Assembly (NCBI GenBank): GCA_963745235.1
Contig: CAVUXE010000054.1
Location: forward strand, 1 to 64,000
DNA: 64,000 nucleotides
Reading direction: 5' to 3'
Origin: an uncultured Spirochaetota bacterium
GTDB taxonomy: Bacteria > Spirochaetota > Spirochaetia > SZUA-6 > Fen-1364
In this document: positions 9,184-18,252 of the stretch, one piece after another
Numbering within the stretch: the stretch's first letter is position 1
How the letters are laid out: each line of letters starts with the position of its first letter
The notes under the pieces: model-generated
What the model was told of the DNA's origin: nothing
Database searches by the model: none
The model's input: the letters and a program-made list of their open reading frames with translations, nothing else
Program-made: the position numbers and the translations under genes

Positions 9184-10683
9184 TTAACGCCTCTGGAGGC
9201 GCACGTGCGGGTACTGCCGCACCGGCCCGTCCAAAAGCGGTTCCTGTCGGCCTTTCAGATACTTGTCGAAAAACGCCACGGAATACGCGTTGACCACATC
9301 CCACATCCGTCTGCCGTCCACCGGTCCGGTCAGACCAAGCCGTGACGTGAGCGGCGACCAGAACGGGGCATCGGTAAAGTTGACGTGGAACATGCCAGGC
9401 ATATCAAGGTAGTAGGCGCTTCCCAGCACGTGCTTGTCGAAGACAGCGCGCATGGTGGTCAAGGTCTCCGTGATGGCGGCCTCCGGCCAGCCGCCCGAGC
9501 GGGACCTTTCCAGGCGCATATCGCCGGCAGGCCGCGTGATCCACATGCATGGCTGGAGCAATCCCGCCTGGACCACATCGGCGGGCATGGCGGCATCCAT
9601 CATCAGGGAGGCCTTGATCCGTGCGTCCAAGTGAGAGGCTTCACCGGCAACAATCGCACCCAGGGAGATTCCCAGAACGCCGATGCGCCGCAGGTCCAGC
9701 CGTCCTGCCAGGCGATCATTCGGGTCGCTCTTGTCAATATCAGTGAGCCGATTTATCGCGAAGCTGACGTCCTGGGCAAAGTAGGGAATGATTCCGTTCT
9801 GGAGAATCTGGCCATTCAGGGCGGGAGCATCCTGTCTCGGGCTGGTACTCTGCTCTATGAGAGCCTGTATCTGCTCCCGTGGCAGGGTGGTCACTACGCG
9901 GCCGTCCCGCAAGCGCACTGCCGCGGAAGCGCCCGGCTGGTCGAGCCCGACAACGACATAGCCATGCGAGACGAGCCCCTCGACCTGGAACGTGTTCGAG
10001 CCGCGAAACCCGCCCAGGCCGGTAAGAAAGATGAGCACGGGGTAGCTGGACTGGTCATCTGCCGCAGGTGCGTGGTCGACGGCGTTCGTCGTCACGTATT
10101 TGAAGTGTGCAAACAGGAAGCTTGGGAGATGAACAATCCGCGCCATTGCCGTGGTAGTCGCGTCGGCATCTTCCATATAAGGAATGCGACAAGGAACGCG
10201 CGGCGCCGAAGACTCTTTTCTTGCCGGGTACCATACCTGCGCAACAAGCTCGCGGCGGTCAGTGGAATCCAGAGTGAAAAGCTCCGGGCGGCCGGCATCC
10301 ACCCAGTGATAGGTCACTGAGCCCACCGCATATGGTCCGGTTGGCTTTGGAAAGCGAAACACGGGGAGCGCTATTGGCAAAGCGATGGAAACGGCCAGCA
10401 CAAACGTTTCCAGCCCGACTCCCAGGCCCGCGACAAGCCGACCAATATGCATGCGACGCGCAACAAAGACGCCGGACAACCAGATCATGAAGAAGACGGC
10501 TAATAAAGCGTAGGAAGGAATCATCTGCCAACGCGCGCCCTCTAATAGTACCTGCATGGCCGCCACCAACGCCGCGATGAGCGCGATAAATCCCGGAAGG
10601 GGTACGGCACGCAGCCGCGGAACGGCCAGCCCAAGAAGTGTCATGGTATTCGCTACAATCACTGCTATTTCCAGCGGTCTCAT
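9184..10683 (-). CDS. Membrane-anchored carboxylic ester hydrolase (PAF-acetylhydrolase-like)
   Basis: True start MRPLEIAVIV at 10683 (ATGA overlap); N-terminal TM helices, PKPTGPYAVG, QVWYPA, GISLG, HVNFTDAP. Confidence 0.88.
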   Translation of the reverse strand: MRPLEIAVIVANTMTLLGLAVPRLRAVPLPGFIALIAALVAAMQVLLEGARWQMIPSYALLAVFFMIWLSGVFVARRMHIGRLVAGLGVGLETFVLAVSIALPIALPVFRFPKPTGPYAVGSVTYHWVDAGRPELFTLDSTDRRELVAQVWYPARKESSAPRVPCRIPYMEDADATTTAMARIVHLPSFLFAHFKYVTTNAVDHAPAADDQSSYPVLIFLTGLGGFRGSNTFQVEGLVSHGYVVVGLDQPGASAAVRLRDGRVVTTLPREQIQALIEQSTSPRQDAPALNGQILQNGIIPYFAQDVSFAINRLTDIDKSDPNDRLAGRLDLRRIGVLGISLGAIVAGEASHLDARIKASLMMDAAMPADVVQAGLLQPCMWITRPAGDMRLERSRSGGWPEAAITETLTTMRAVFDKHVLGSAYYLDMPGMFHVNFTDAPFWSPLTSRLGLTGPVDGRRMWDVVNAYSVAFFDKYLKGRQEPLLDGPVRQYPHVRLQRR

Positions 10684-11486
10684 CTCTCTGTCTCCATGGT
10701 GGACGTATGCAGCGGGTAGAAAGACCGGCGTCCATTGACACGTGCCGCGACCACAAGCACCGCCACAAGTGCCGTGATGGGGGCGGTAACGCGTGGATCG
10801 TAAAAAGAGCCATTCACGGGAAAGAGCTGCCAGGTGAGGTTGGACATGGCGTGGAGGAGCGCGGCCATGAACACGCTTCGGCCGGTGTTGTTGTACAGCC
10901 AGACGATGACGACCCGCATGGCAATGGTGTTCACGGTCCACCACGCGACGAACCCTATGGATCGGTGGGCTTCCGCCAGGGGAATGAAATGCCACGCTGC
11001 CCACACGACACCCTCTGCCATGGCCGCCATGAAAGCGCCGAGCTCGTCTTGCAGCGGATCCACGGCGTATCCAGACCAGCCGAGCTCCTCGCAAAGGCCG
11101 CCTGCAAGGAAGCCCAGAAACAACCCGATGGTCCTTGCAACGGGGATCCGCGGCGGCGGCAGCGGCGTCCCCATCATCCGCATTGCTCCACAGGCTGTCA
11201 GCGAAATGAGCGGCATCAGAAGGATGGCGGGCAGGTACCATGCTTTCGATTTGACTCGGCCGAAGTCAAAAGATCTCTTCAACAGATCCTTCACGCCCCC
11301 GGCCTTGCTCTCCCGAAACGAGAGAATTGAAGCAGCCGCCACCGGGCAGACCACTCCGAGGGCGCTGAGCGGTAGACCGGGCAGCAACTGAAAATCAATC
11401 AGGGCGCCTGCCAGCCAGAACGGAAGACTGAGAGTGATGGTCAGCAGAAAGTACATCAACGCCGACTGGCTTGTCCGTCGATTCAT
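10680..11486 (-). CDS. CPBP (CAAX protease-like) intramembrane metalloprotease
   Basis: EELGWSGY, WAAWH, LLHAMSN motifs; multiple TM helices. Confidence 0.9.
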   Translation of the reverse strand: MNRRTSQSALMYFLLTITLSLPFWLAGALIDFQLLPGLPLSALGVVCPVAAASILSFRESKAGGVKDLLKRSFDFGRVKSKAWYLPAILLMPLISLTACGAMRMMGTPLPPPRIPVARTIGLFLGFLAGGLCEELGWSGYAVDPLQDELGAFMAAMAEGVVWAAWHFIPLAEAHRSIGFVAWWTVNTIAMRVVIVWLYNNTGRSVFMAALLHAMSNLTWQLFPVNGSFYDPRVTAPITALVAVLVVAARVNGRRSFYPLHTSTMETER

Positions 11487-11493
11487 GAGCACA

Positions 11494-11560
11494 ATGGTGT
11501 GGTCACCGCCATGGACGAACAATGCGGAAGACCACGTATTCCTTTGCGTATTTCCACGCG
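11494..11560 (-). promoter_or_regulatory. CPBP-esterase promoter with tandem putative LuxR operators
   Basis: Two 16-bp TRCG-N8-CGYR sites (11523-11538, 11545-11560) abut -35 TTGTTC, 17 bp, -10 CACCAT, 7 nt, ATG. Confidence 0.65.
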
Positions 11561-11616
11561 TTTGACGCGCGGCGCGGCTTGGCGGGCGCGCGGCAGGGCG
11601 GTATTATCCTGCCAGG

Positions 11617-12530
11617 ATGGCGGCCCTCTCCCTGTACATTTCCATGGCCATTCTTCTCCTGGCCACTTCGGCGACAACTCTCTGCTTTGCCTACTACGGC
11701 ATGTTCAAGCATCGCGCCGCGTTCTGGCTATCCATATGCATGACGGGAATTTCCTTCTTTGCTCTGGCCATCCTTGTTTCGCCGCTTGAGAACATGACAG
11801 ACCATGCGGGCCTGGACGTCGGACCGCGAGGCCTCGGTCTCCTCTGGCAGGCCCTGGGTTCCGTTATTGTTGCCCAGTCCCTGCCACGCTTCCTTCTTGC
11901 GGCCTTTGGAGAAGGGCCCCGAAGGGTGGTGTATCGTCTTCTGGACGCTGCAACGGCAATCATCCTGATTCTCTCCGTGATTCGCGTCGCAACGGGGTGG
12001 AAAGACGCCGCGCCATCGCGGCTCTCCCCAACAGCGTCCTGCGGATCTTCCTGTTTGTCCTGATTGGAGGCGCGCTTGCTCTCACCCTTGTTTTCCAGTC
12101 GAAGCTTCCCGACCGGAGTCTCTACAAGACCGTCATCGTCCAGGCAGGCGCGCTGACCTTGCTGTTTCCCTTCGTCATCCTGGAAGACCTGGGTCTGTTC
12201 GCTCCTTCCGGCGTGCCATTCCTGGCCGGTCACCTGCTGATCCTGGCTGTCTCCCTGTCAGCCGCGTTGCATGCAAGGAAGAGCCTGAAGAGGCCGAAGT
12301 ACGTCGCCGACAACACGCCGTCCCCGTACTTTGGCGAGCATTTCGGCATCAGCGGGCGCGAGCTTGAAATTGTGGCGGGCGTCCTTGAAGGACTGAGCAA
12401 CAACGCAATAGCGGAACGCCTCTTCATCTCTCCGCGCACCGTTGAGAAGCATCTCTACAACATCTATCAGAAGGCCGGGATCAAGAACCGTCTTCAGCTT
12501 TTCAATCTGCTGCGCTCGGATGCCCTCTAG
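11617..12530 (+). CDS. Membrane-integral LuxR-family regulator, frameshift near 12015
   Basis: About 7 hydrophobic helices, then ISGRELEIV..VLEGLSNNAIAERLFISPRTVEKHLYNIYQKAGIKNR (LuxR HTH). Confidence 0.85.
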
Positions 12531-13672
12531 TACAAAAGCATGAGCCCGCCACCCAGGACCATCTGACTGCCGTCAAGGCGCCGGCCTTCAAACGGGAAGG
12601 CGGCGTACATCGTGATGCTCAGGAAATCGCATACATTGAGGTAGGCCCCGAACCCGGTGGAAGCCAGGAGACCTCCCGGCGTGTTGCTGGGGTCGTCGAA
12701 AAATCCGTCATAGTATTCGGCATCGAGAAATGCGTACAGGCCCTGGACAAGATCATTAGAGATGATCGAGGGGCCGGTTAAACGAACGTCAAAATTGTTC
12801 AACACCTTGAACTCCGCCCCGAAGCGCCCATTTTCGAACCCCCGGAGGGTTGTGCCCACGCTGGTACGCATGTACCGTCCTCCGAAGCTCTCGAACACGG
12901 AGAATGGGATCGAGCTTCCTCCTGCATAATCCGCGGAAAAATAGTCCGCCAGGTAGATGCTGAATCGGTTTTCCTGGCCCGCGGGCGGCGACGCATACAG
13001 CGTCTTGAACCCTTCCACGGTACCGTTCAAGCGGTAGTAGTCTGCCTGGCCGTCGCTGTTCAAAAGGAAGCGTGGCCCCCACTCTGCGGAAGCTTCGACG
13101 TAGATGCCGTCCCTCGTTTTGTGGACCTTGTCCTTGACCAAAGAGTCGTACGACAACCCGGCGTGAAGGGCGTTGCTTAAGATCTCGACTTTGTCGGGAA
13201 AGTTGGAATCCAAAATCAAGGGGTTCGGATTGCCTGGCGCTGGGAAGTCGTGATCGAAATGAGCTCGGTAGAAAAGAAATGCTTCCAGGAGATTGCGTTT
13301 TGATTCGGAGCTCCACAGAAGACCCTGGCGGATTCCGAAATCGTTTAGAAACTCAGCCTGACCGAAGACCGCCGGGGTGCCGTTGGGGCCGCTGTATAGG
13401 CTGCGGTCAGGGTTGCGGTAAAAATCGTTCAGCTGCAAACCTCCCGCAATATCGTCTTCGATGATGGTATCGAGCCCTTTGACGATTTGCGGCCCCTCGA
13501 TCAAAACGTTCACAGAAGCTCCCGATGGCACGACCCCATCGAGCCAATAGGCGTAGAGATTGTAAAGCGCAGCGGTGATCGGGCCGGATGGGGTCATAGG
13601 CTGACTCCATCCCGCGGCGCCGCCTTTCGACACCAAGAGTGCAAATAAGACCATTGCCTGCACCCTTTTCAC
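12527..13672 (-). CDS. Outer-membrane beta-barrel protein (Omp85/BamA-TamA barrel-like, no POTRA)
   Basis: GGAGG before GTG at 13672, signal peptide, amphipathic strands, TLRGF motif, C-terminal aromatic residue. Confidence 0.65.
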   Translation of the reverse strand: MKRVQAMVLFALLVSKGGAAGWSQPMTPSGPITAALYNLYAYWLDGVVPSGASVNVLIEGPQIVKGLDTIIEDDIAGGLQLNDFYRNPDRSLYSGPNGTPAVFGQAEFLNDFGIRQGLLWSSESKRNLLEAFLFYRAHFDHDFPAPGNPNPLILDSNFPDKVEILSNALHAGLSYDSLVKDKVHKTRDGIYVEASAEWGPRFLLNSDGQADYYRLNGTVEGFKTLYASPPAGQENRFSIYLADYFSADYAGGSSIPFSVFESFGGRYMRTSVGTTLRGFENGRFGAEFKVLNNFDVRLTGPSIISNDLVQGLYAFLDAEYYDGFFDDPSNTPGGLLASTGFGAYLNVCDFLSITMYAAFPFEGRRLDGSQMVLGGGLMLLY

Positions 13673-13694
13673 AAGAGCCTCCTGCAAGTCGCGG

Positions 13695-13756
13695 CGCGAA
13701 CGCAGCCGTGTCCGCGAAATTAGTCGTGTCCGCGAACGCAGCTGTGTCCGCGAACG
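13695..13756. repeat. 18-bp tandem repeat, ~3.4 copies
   Basis: CGCGAACGCAGCCGTGTC / CGCGAAATTAGTCGTGTC / CGCGAACGCAGCTGTGTC / CGCGAACG. Confidence 0.85.
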
Positions 13757-13794
13757 GCGCGGCTCACCGGTTGTCCGCAACTACCGCTGGTGGG

Positions 13795-13861
13795 ACGATA
13801 TTGGCGCGCACACATGCGCGCAATGCGAAACACCACGCAATCGCCTACGTGTTTCTACGCA
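13795..13861 (-). promoter_or_regulatory. Beta-barrel gene promoter with tandem putative LuxR operators
   Basis: TGCGAAACACCACGCA (13824-13839) and TACGTGTTTCTACGCA (13846-13861) abut -35 TTGCGC, 17 bp, -10 TATCGT; same geometry as 11494-11560. Confidence 0.7.
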
Positions 13862-13876
13862 TTGGGCGCTGCAGCT

Positions 13877-14770
13877 TTATGTACTCGTGAGAGACCAGGG
13901 CTGGACGTCACGGTTGTACGACCTTCTGACCTTTTGCTCCTTCTCCAGGGTTTCATGCACGTACATGTCCATGGTGATCTTGGTCGAGCTGTGTCCGAGG
14001 TATTTCGAGACTGCCTTTATGGACGCACCCTCGCGGATTGCCAAAGTGGCGAAGCTGTGCCTCATGCTGTGAGCCGAAATCCGGCGCCCGAGTATCCGCT
14101 TGCCGGCTTTTATGATTTCGTAGCTCACGTAGGTTGTGCGATAGGGCTTGCCGCCTTTCGTCTGAAAGAGGTGCGTATCCGAGGGAAAGACCGTACGAAT
14201 AGCCTCGAAGAGGGACTTCTCGATATCGACCTTCCGCTCCTTGTTTCCCTTCCCGATAATCGTAAGCCTGACCATATCCCCAAGGTCTTCACACCTGTCC
14301 AATCGAGCGCTGCACATTTCCGCCACCCGGCAACCTGTGTTGTAAAGAAACCACAGGAACAGCGCGGTTCGTTTCGAGGTACCGGAGACCAGGCGGTCGA
14401 ATTGCTCCCGTGTAACAATCCGTTCTTCCGCAATCCCTGATATGACGAACCCTGGAGCCTTGGTTTCACTATCGCGGTCCAGGGAGCGAAGCGTCATCTC
14501 CAGCCTCGCCCGTCGGTTGAGATCCGGGCTGCTGAGCGTTGCCCGCAACCGTGCTTTCACGGCCTGCCGGCGTACGCACTTTGTCCCTGCAGCCAGGGGC
14601 AGAGCGTTGAGATACTTGAAGTATGCTCGCACAGCCTCCAGGGTGAGGCTCAGGTGGTCGCTCTCAAGGTAACGCCCGAAGTGCGCAATATGGCCGGCGT
14701 AGTTGTCCCTGACCGACAGAAACCGGGAGAGAAAAGCTTCCTCGGATGCGGGATCACTCAGCGAGCTCAG
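13877..14770 (-). CDS. Tyrosine recombinase/integrase (XerC/D-like)
   Basis: Catalytic set GCRVAE, GKGNKER, HSMRHSFAT, LGHSS, Y. Frame stays open upstream of 14632 to a CTG at 14770 behind GGAGG. No IntI-type insertion. Confidence 0.9.
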   Translation of the reverse strand: MSSLSDPASEEAFLSRFLSVRDNYAGHIAHFGRYLESDHLSLTLEAVRAYFKYLNALPLAAGTKCVRRQAVKARLRATLSSPDLNRRARLEMTLRSLDRDSETKAPGFVISGIAEERIVTREQFDRLVSGTSKRTALFLWFLYNTGCRVAEMCSARLDRCEDLGDMVRLTIIGKGNKERKVDIEKSLFEAIRTVFPSDTHLFQTKGGKPYRTTYVSYEIIKAGKRILGRRISAHSMRHSFATLAIREGASIKAVSKYLGHSSTKITMDMYVHETLEKEQKVRRSYNRDVQPWSLTST

Positions 14771-14948
14771 GCGTGCCCTCCACTAATCAGATACGAGGGG
14801 AATTTGCGCGTGAATTGGATCGGTGAACTCTGGTAGATGCTCGCCCGAAAGTGCTGCCTGTCACGGATCTGGGCGTGCCCTGCCCGAGCTCTCGATCGAT
14901 GTCAAAGTATCCGTGAAATGCGAACGCGATCGTCATCTTGTATACTGT

Positions 14949-15164
14949 GTAGACCAGCAGGCTGGTGTCCACCGCGATCATGAACCGAGGGGGAAAGCCC
15001 TTTTTTCTGGAAGACAACGGGATTGACTTTGCCGGTTGAGCGCGTGCACGCCTGGCAACAGCCAGTTGCAGCCCTTCTTCCGTGAGCTCGTTCAGCGCGG
15101 TCCTTTCCCGGCGGGCCACTTCCCTTGCTCGGTTGAGCAGGTTTTCAGAAATATTAATCGGCGT
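14949..15164 (-). pseudogene. vapB-vapC remnant
   Basis: INISENLLNRAREVARRERTALNELTEEGLQLA (RHH antitoxin) followed by MIAVDTSLLVY (PIN N-terminus), then truncated. Confidence 0.65.
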
Positions 15165-15232
15165 GGCCTCGTCAAGCTCCTGCAGGAGCCGGGGGAACTC
15201 AACTTCGGCAGTCGCGAGTCTGCTTCGATCAA

Positions 15233-15773
15233 CCGGAGAGGCGCAGTGGCAACGGTGCACAGTTCATTTCTACCGCAACGTCTTCACGAATGTGCCGAAG
15301 GCGAAGGTCGAAGAAGTGGCGGCCATGCTGAAAGCGATCCACGCCCAGGAGGATCGCGAGGCGGCGCTGCAGAAGGCGCGGTTCGTTATCGAGAAGATGG
15401 TCGCTATGAAACTCAAGACCGCAGCTCGTACCGTGGAGGAAGGAATCGCAGAGACCCTGACGTACACGGAGTTGCCTCGAGAACACTGGCGTAAGATCCG
15501 TACGAACAACCCTGTGGAGCGGGTGATGCGCGAGATCCGTCGACGCACTCGGGTTGTGGGCAACTTTCCAGACGGCAACTCTGCGCTCATGCTCTTGACT
15601 GCCAGACTGCGCTACGTGGCTGGCAGGCATTGGGAACCCGAAAATACATGAACATGCGGCTACTGACAGGAGTTGAGTTACGGCGATCGAAGAAGCACTG
15701 CAGGCATAAACCAGGGCAGAAGGGAACCGATGAGGACGCCTCACCCAAAGAGCGAAAGATCGTTGACGCTACC
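15233..15773 (+). mobile_element. IS256-family remnant (transposase C-terminal half plus right end)
   Basis: WQRCTVHFYRN...KIRTNNPVERVMREIRRRTRVVGNFPDGNSALML; terminal AAAGAGCGAAAGATCGTTGACGCTACC. Confidence 0.85.
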
Positions 15774-15814
15774 ATCCCCAGGCTGTTGTCCCACTTCTGG
15801 ACTTTCGCCTTCAC
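15774..15814 (-). pseudogene. AbrB/MazE antitoxin N-terminus cut by IS256
   Basis: VKAKVQKWDNSLG matches MazE K.KVQKWGNSLG and ends exactly at the IS256 terminus. Confidence 0.65.
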
Positions 15815-15888
15815 TGTCGTTGCCCCATGTTTCTGTTTGCCTGAAATTGAAGTCATCGTTCAGCTTACGGGTCGGCTCAAACGACTGG

Positions 15889-16332
15889 CTAAACGCCACC
15901 CGACTCGATTCCTAACTCTTTCGCGAGGCGAGATATTGTCCCATCCACGCCCTGTACAAGCGGGTTAAGTAGATCGGAGTCTATCATGAAGCCATAACTA
16001 TGGCGGTAAAAGTGACGAAACGCCATCAGGTCTCGTAGTGAGCCGGTCAGCTCTTCTGAGAGGATACCCAAAGTCACCGCTGTGCGAAGCAGCTCGGAGT
16101 GGGAGGCAGAGCTTTCCTTGGGCGACCGTCCCTTCGCCTTCAAGACCTGTTCCAGCATTCTCTCGACGCCGTTGTAGATAGACTGCAAGCTACTGGCCGC
16201 CGCCCGAATCCGAACTTCGTCTCTCCCCAGGCGCTTACGCTTGCCCGTCACCCGACGAAGGACTTGCAGCTCCTTTTGGATCTGGCCGAGCTCAAAGGAG
16301 AGTATCGTCCGCAGATCGCCTTCATGCGACAC
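15889..16332 (-). CDS. HEPN ribonuclease toxin (HepT-like)
   Basis: SIYNGVERML...HSELL...LMAFRHFYRHSYGF; overlaps the MNT gene. Confidence 0.85.
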   Translation of the reverse strand: MSHEGDLRTILSFELGQIQKELQVLRRVTGKRKRLGRDEVRIRAAASSLQSIYNGVERMLEQVLKAKGRSPKESSASHSELLRTAVTLGILSEELTGSLRDLMAFRHFYRHSYGFMIDSDLLNPLVQGVDGTISRLAKELGIESGGV

Positions 16333-16621
16333 GCGAAAGAGTCCCTACTTCTCTCAATCTGTTTCCGAAATCATGGTTATAGTCCAAGCCTACCAAATCC
16401 ACCGGTCTGCGGACGTTCGACAGTATGCGGCCGTAAGCGGCGAAGAAGCGTTCTTTAGGTAGCCCAACCGTCGCCAGATCTATGTCAGAATCCGGTGCAA
16501 AGGAACCCCTCGCAAGCGAACCAAACAGGTACACTTCCTTGCATCCGTCCTGCTTCAGAATCTCCGCTGCAACGGAGATGTCCCTTTTGATATCTTCAGG
16601 CAGATTCATCTCGGAGAGCAT
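16322..16621 (-). CDS. Minimal nucleotidyltransferase (MNT) antitoxin
   Basis: VYLFGSLARG....SDIDL...VDLV. Confidence 0.9.
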   Translation of the reverse strand: MLSEMNLPEDIKRDISVAAEILKQDGCKEVYLFGSLARGSFAPDSDIDLATVGLPKERFFAAYGRILSNVRRPVDLVGLDYNHDFGNRLREVGTLSRVA

Positions 16622-16830
16622 GATGCAATCCTAAACCCGACAAAACGTCCGCGCAATAGGCCGGCCTTGTGTAAGAAGCAAGCGTTGAGAACGCGGCGGA
16701 TCATGGTCACTGAATACGTTTGGATGCTTGGACTACCGAACGACATACAATCGGCACGAAGTTGAGATAGTGACTAACCCACGCGACCCCTGGCGATATG
16801 CCCACGGTTCGACTATTCGGTATCATTCCC

Positions 16831-16865
16831 GCGTAACAGGGAGTCCAGCGGCGCCGCCGAATCAC
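16831..16865 (+). other. Left half of a second attC-like site
   Basis: GCGTAAC-AGGGAGTCCAGCGGCGCCGCCGAATCAC aligns without gaps to 1324-1358, including the identical 15-mer GCGCCGCCGAATCAC; right arm absent. Confidence 0.5.
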
Positions 16866-17203
16866 CCACCGGCCTTGCTCCCCGGGCCAACCGATGGCGG
16901 GGAACCTAGAAGAGACGGCTCTCCGCGCCGCCAGGAGCGCAGCCTGCGATGAGCCCTCGGGCGGGTCGCGTGCTGCGGGGGTTCCATCCTCGCTCTGCCG
17001 GACCGCTTCGCGCCCCTCCGCCCGCAGAGGGGACGGATTGCGCCTTCCCGGAGGGTGAGCAAGTTCTTTTCCCGTAGATTTCTTCCGAGCTGTGACGAGC
17101 GCGATGTTCGCCCCAAAGCTGCACGTCGCCTACCGGGTGTTCACTCCGAATGGCTTCCAGCTGAGCCCCCATGATTCGCGTCCTGCCCGATCGGAGGATG
17201 AGC

Positions 17204-17572
17204 TTATATGAACCTGGCTACAGAGACCTTGAAAAGCTTGCCCAGCTTGATCGCTGTCTTCTTGCTGATTGGACGAATCCCACTCTCCATATTCGATACG
17301 AACTGCTTCGGCAGACCGCCAAGCTTTGCTCCCAACTGCTCCTGAGTCAGTCCCATGTTTTGCCGATAGATCTTCAGACTCCTGCCTGGCGTAAGGGTCT
17401 TCCGTACACGCTTGTACCAGCTGGTCTTGAACACATCGACCAGCTTGTCACCGTCTTCCGTGGTCAACTCGACCTTGCTACCGTACTCCTTCTTGAGAGC
17501 TCTGACGATTCGGCTCGGGATCTTCCCCTTGATGTGAATTTCAATATGGGGCGTTTTCACGACTGCCAGCAT
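17204..17572 (-). CDS. XRE/HTH antitoxin (HigA-like)
   Basis: LKIYRQNMGLTQEQLGAKLG...VSNMESGIRPISKKTA. Confidence 0.85.
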   Translation of the reverse strand: MLAVVKTPHIEIHIKGKIPSRIVRALKKEYGSKVELTTEDGDKLVDVFKTSWYKRVRKTLTPGRSLKIYRQNMGLTQEQLGAKLGGLPKQFVSNMESGIRPISKKTAIKLGKLFKVSVARFI

Positions 17573-17804
17573 GGTACACCTCTATCCGTAGAGAGCCCGC
17601 CTCGTGTTGCCAGCATGCCACCCACTTGTGCGAAAGATGGCAGTGGTACTTGTTATGACTCAATCTACTGAAATTGGGCCACATAGGCTGAAGGGGACCA
17701 TTGTCCCGCAGGTCCTGCACCAGTACACCACGCTTCTGCTGTATGCCCAGGGGCAAGCGTTCTATTCGCCCAAGAGCTTTCTTGGTCAGCAGAACTTTAT
17801 GCAT
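17541..17804 (-). CDS. RelE/HigB-like toxin
   Basis: HKVLLTKKALGRIERLP...YHCHLSHKWVACW...IEVYHAGSRENAPY; toxin-first order with an HTH antitoxin. Confidence 0.7.
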   Translation of the reverse strand: MHKVLLTKKALGRIERLPLGIQQKRGVLVQDLRDNGPLQPMWPNFSRLSHNKYHCHLSHKWVACWQHEAGSLRIEVYHAGSRENAPY

Positions 17805-17837
17805 GCCCGAAAGTAACCTTTTTAGATTACTTGTCAA
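17805..17837 (-). promoter_or_regulatory. higBA-like promoter and operator
   Basis: TTGACA followed by inverted repeat AAGTAATCT-N4-AGGTTACTT; ATG a few nt after the -10 region. Confidence 0.7.
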
Positions 17838-18252
17838 TCTCCGGCGGTCCCGGACGACCAGCGCGCGCAGTCATGAAATTCCGAACCTGACCTGGTCTTG
17901 CTTTGTTTCGCCGGTTCCCAGGGAATCTAGAATGTGCGGCTCGTTTGTGCATATGAAACTTGTGCGGGATGGCTGCTATTTAAAGCGGAGCGGCGACAAA
18001 ACGACTTGTAAACTAACCCTCGTAGCGGAAAGTCCGCACCGGTGCCAAGACACTACGAGATTAGAGATTCACTATGTCGATTGATTCGACGTCAACTTGA
18101 TATCGAAAAATGAAATTGTCCTTCCTCCACCGTGCGGGCAGCGGCCTTCCGCCTTGTCAACCGCCATGCAAGCACGTGGTGGGCATCGAGAACGTCTTTC
18201 GCGTGAGGGAGATGTCTGCCGAGGCGTTGGAGACGCTAAGGTTGACAGCGGC

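Noticed and set aside
9184-11241. 685-aa ORF as listed in the track
   Set aside because: The first ~186 codons overlap the CPBP gene in another frame; the real start is 10683.
13695-13756. CRISPR array
   Set aside because: Units are contiguous 18-mers without unique spacers; no cas genes in the window.
13877-14770. Recombinase as an integron integrase (IntI)
   Set aside because: No IntI-specific insertion before the HxxR motif and no attI recognised next to it.
14871-14880. GGGCGTGCCC as another copy of the structured element
   Set aside because: 10-nt match with none of the downstream motifs; plausible by chance.
18155-18247. 93-bp MITE bounded by TGTCAACC/GGTTGACA
   Set aside because: Only an 8-bp inverted repeat, no adjacent target duplication and no second copy.
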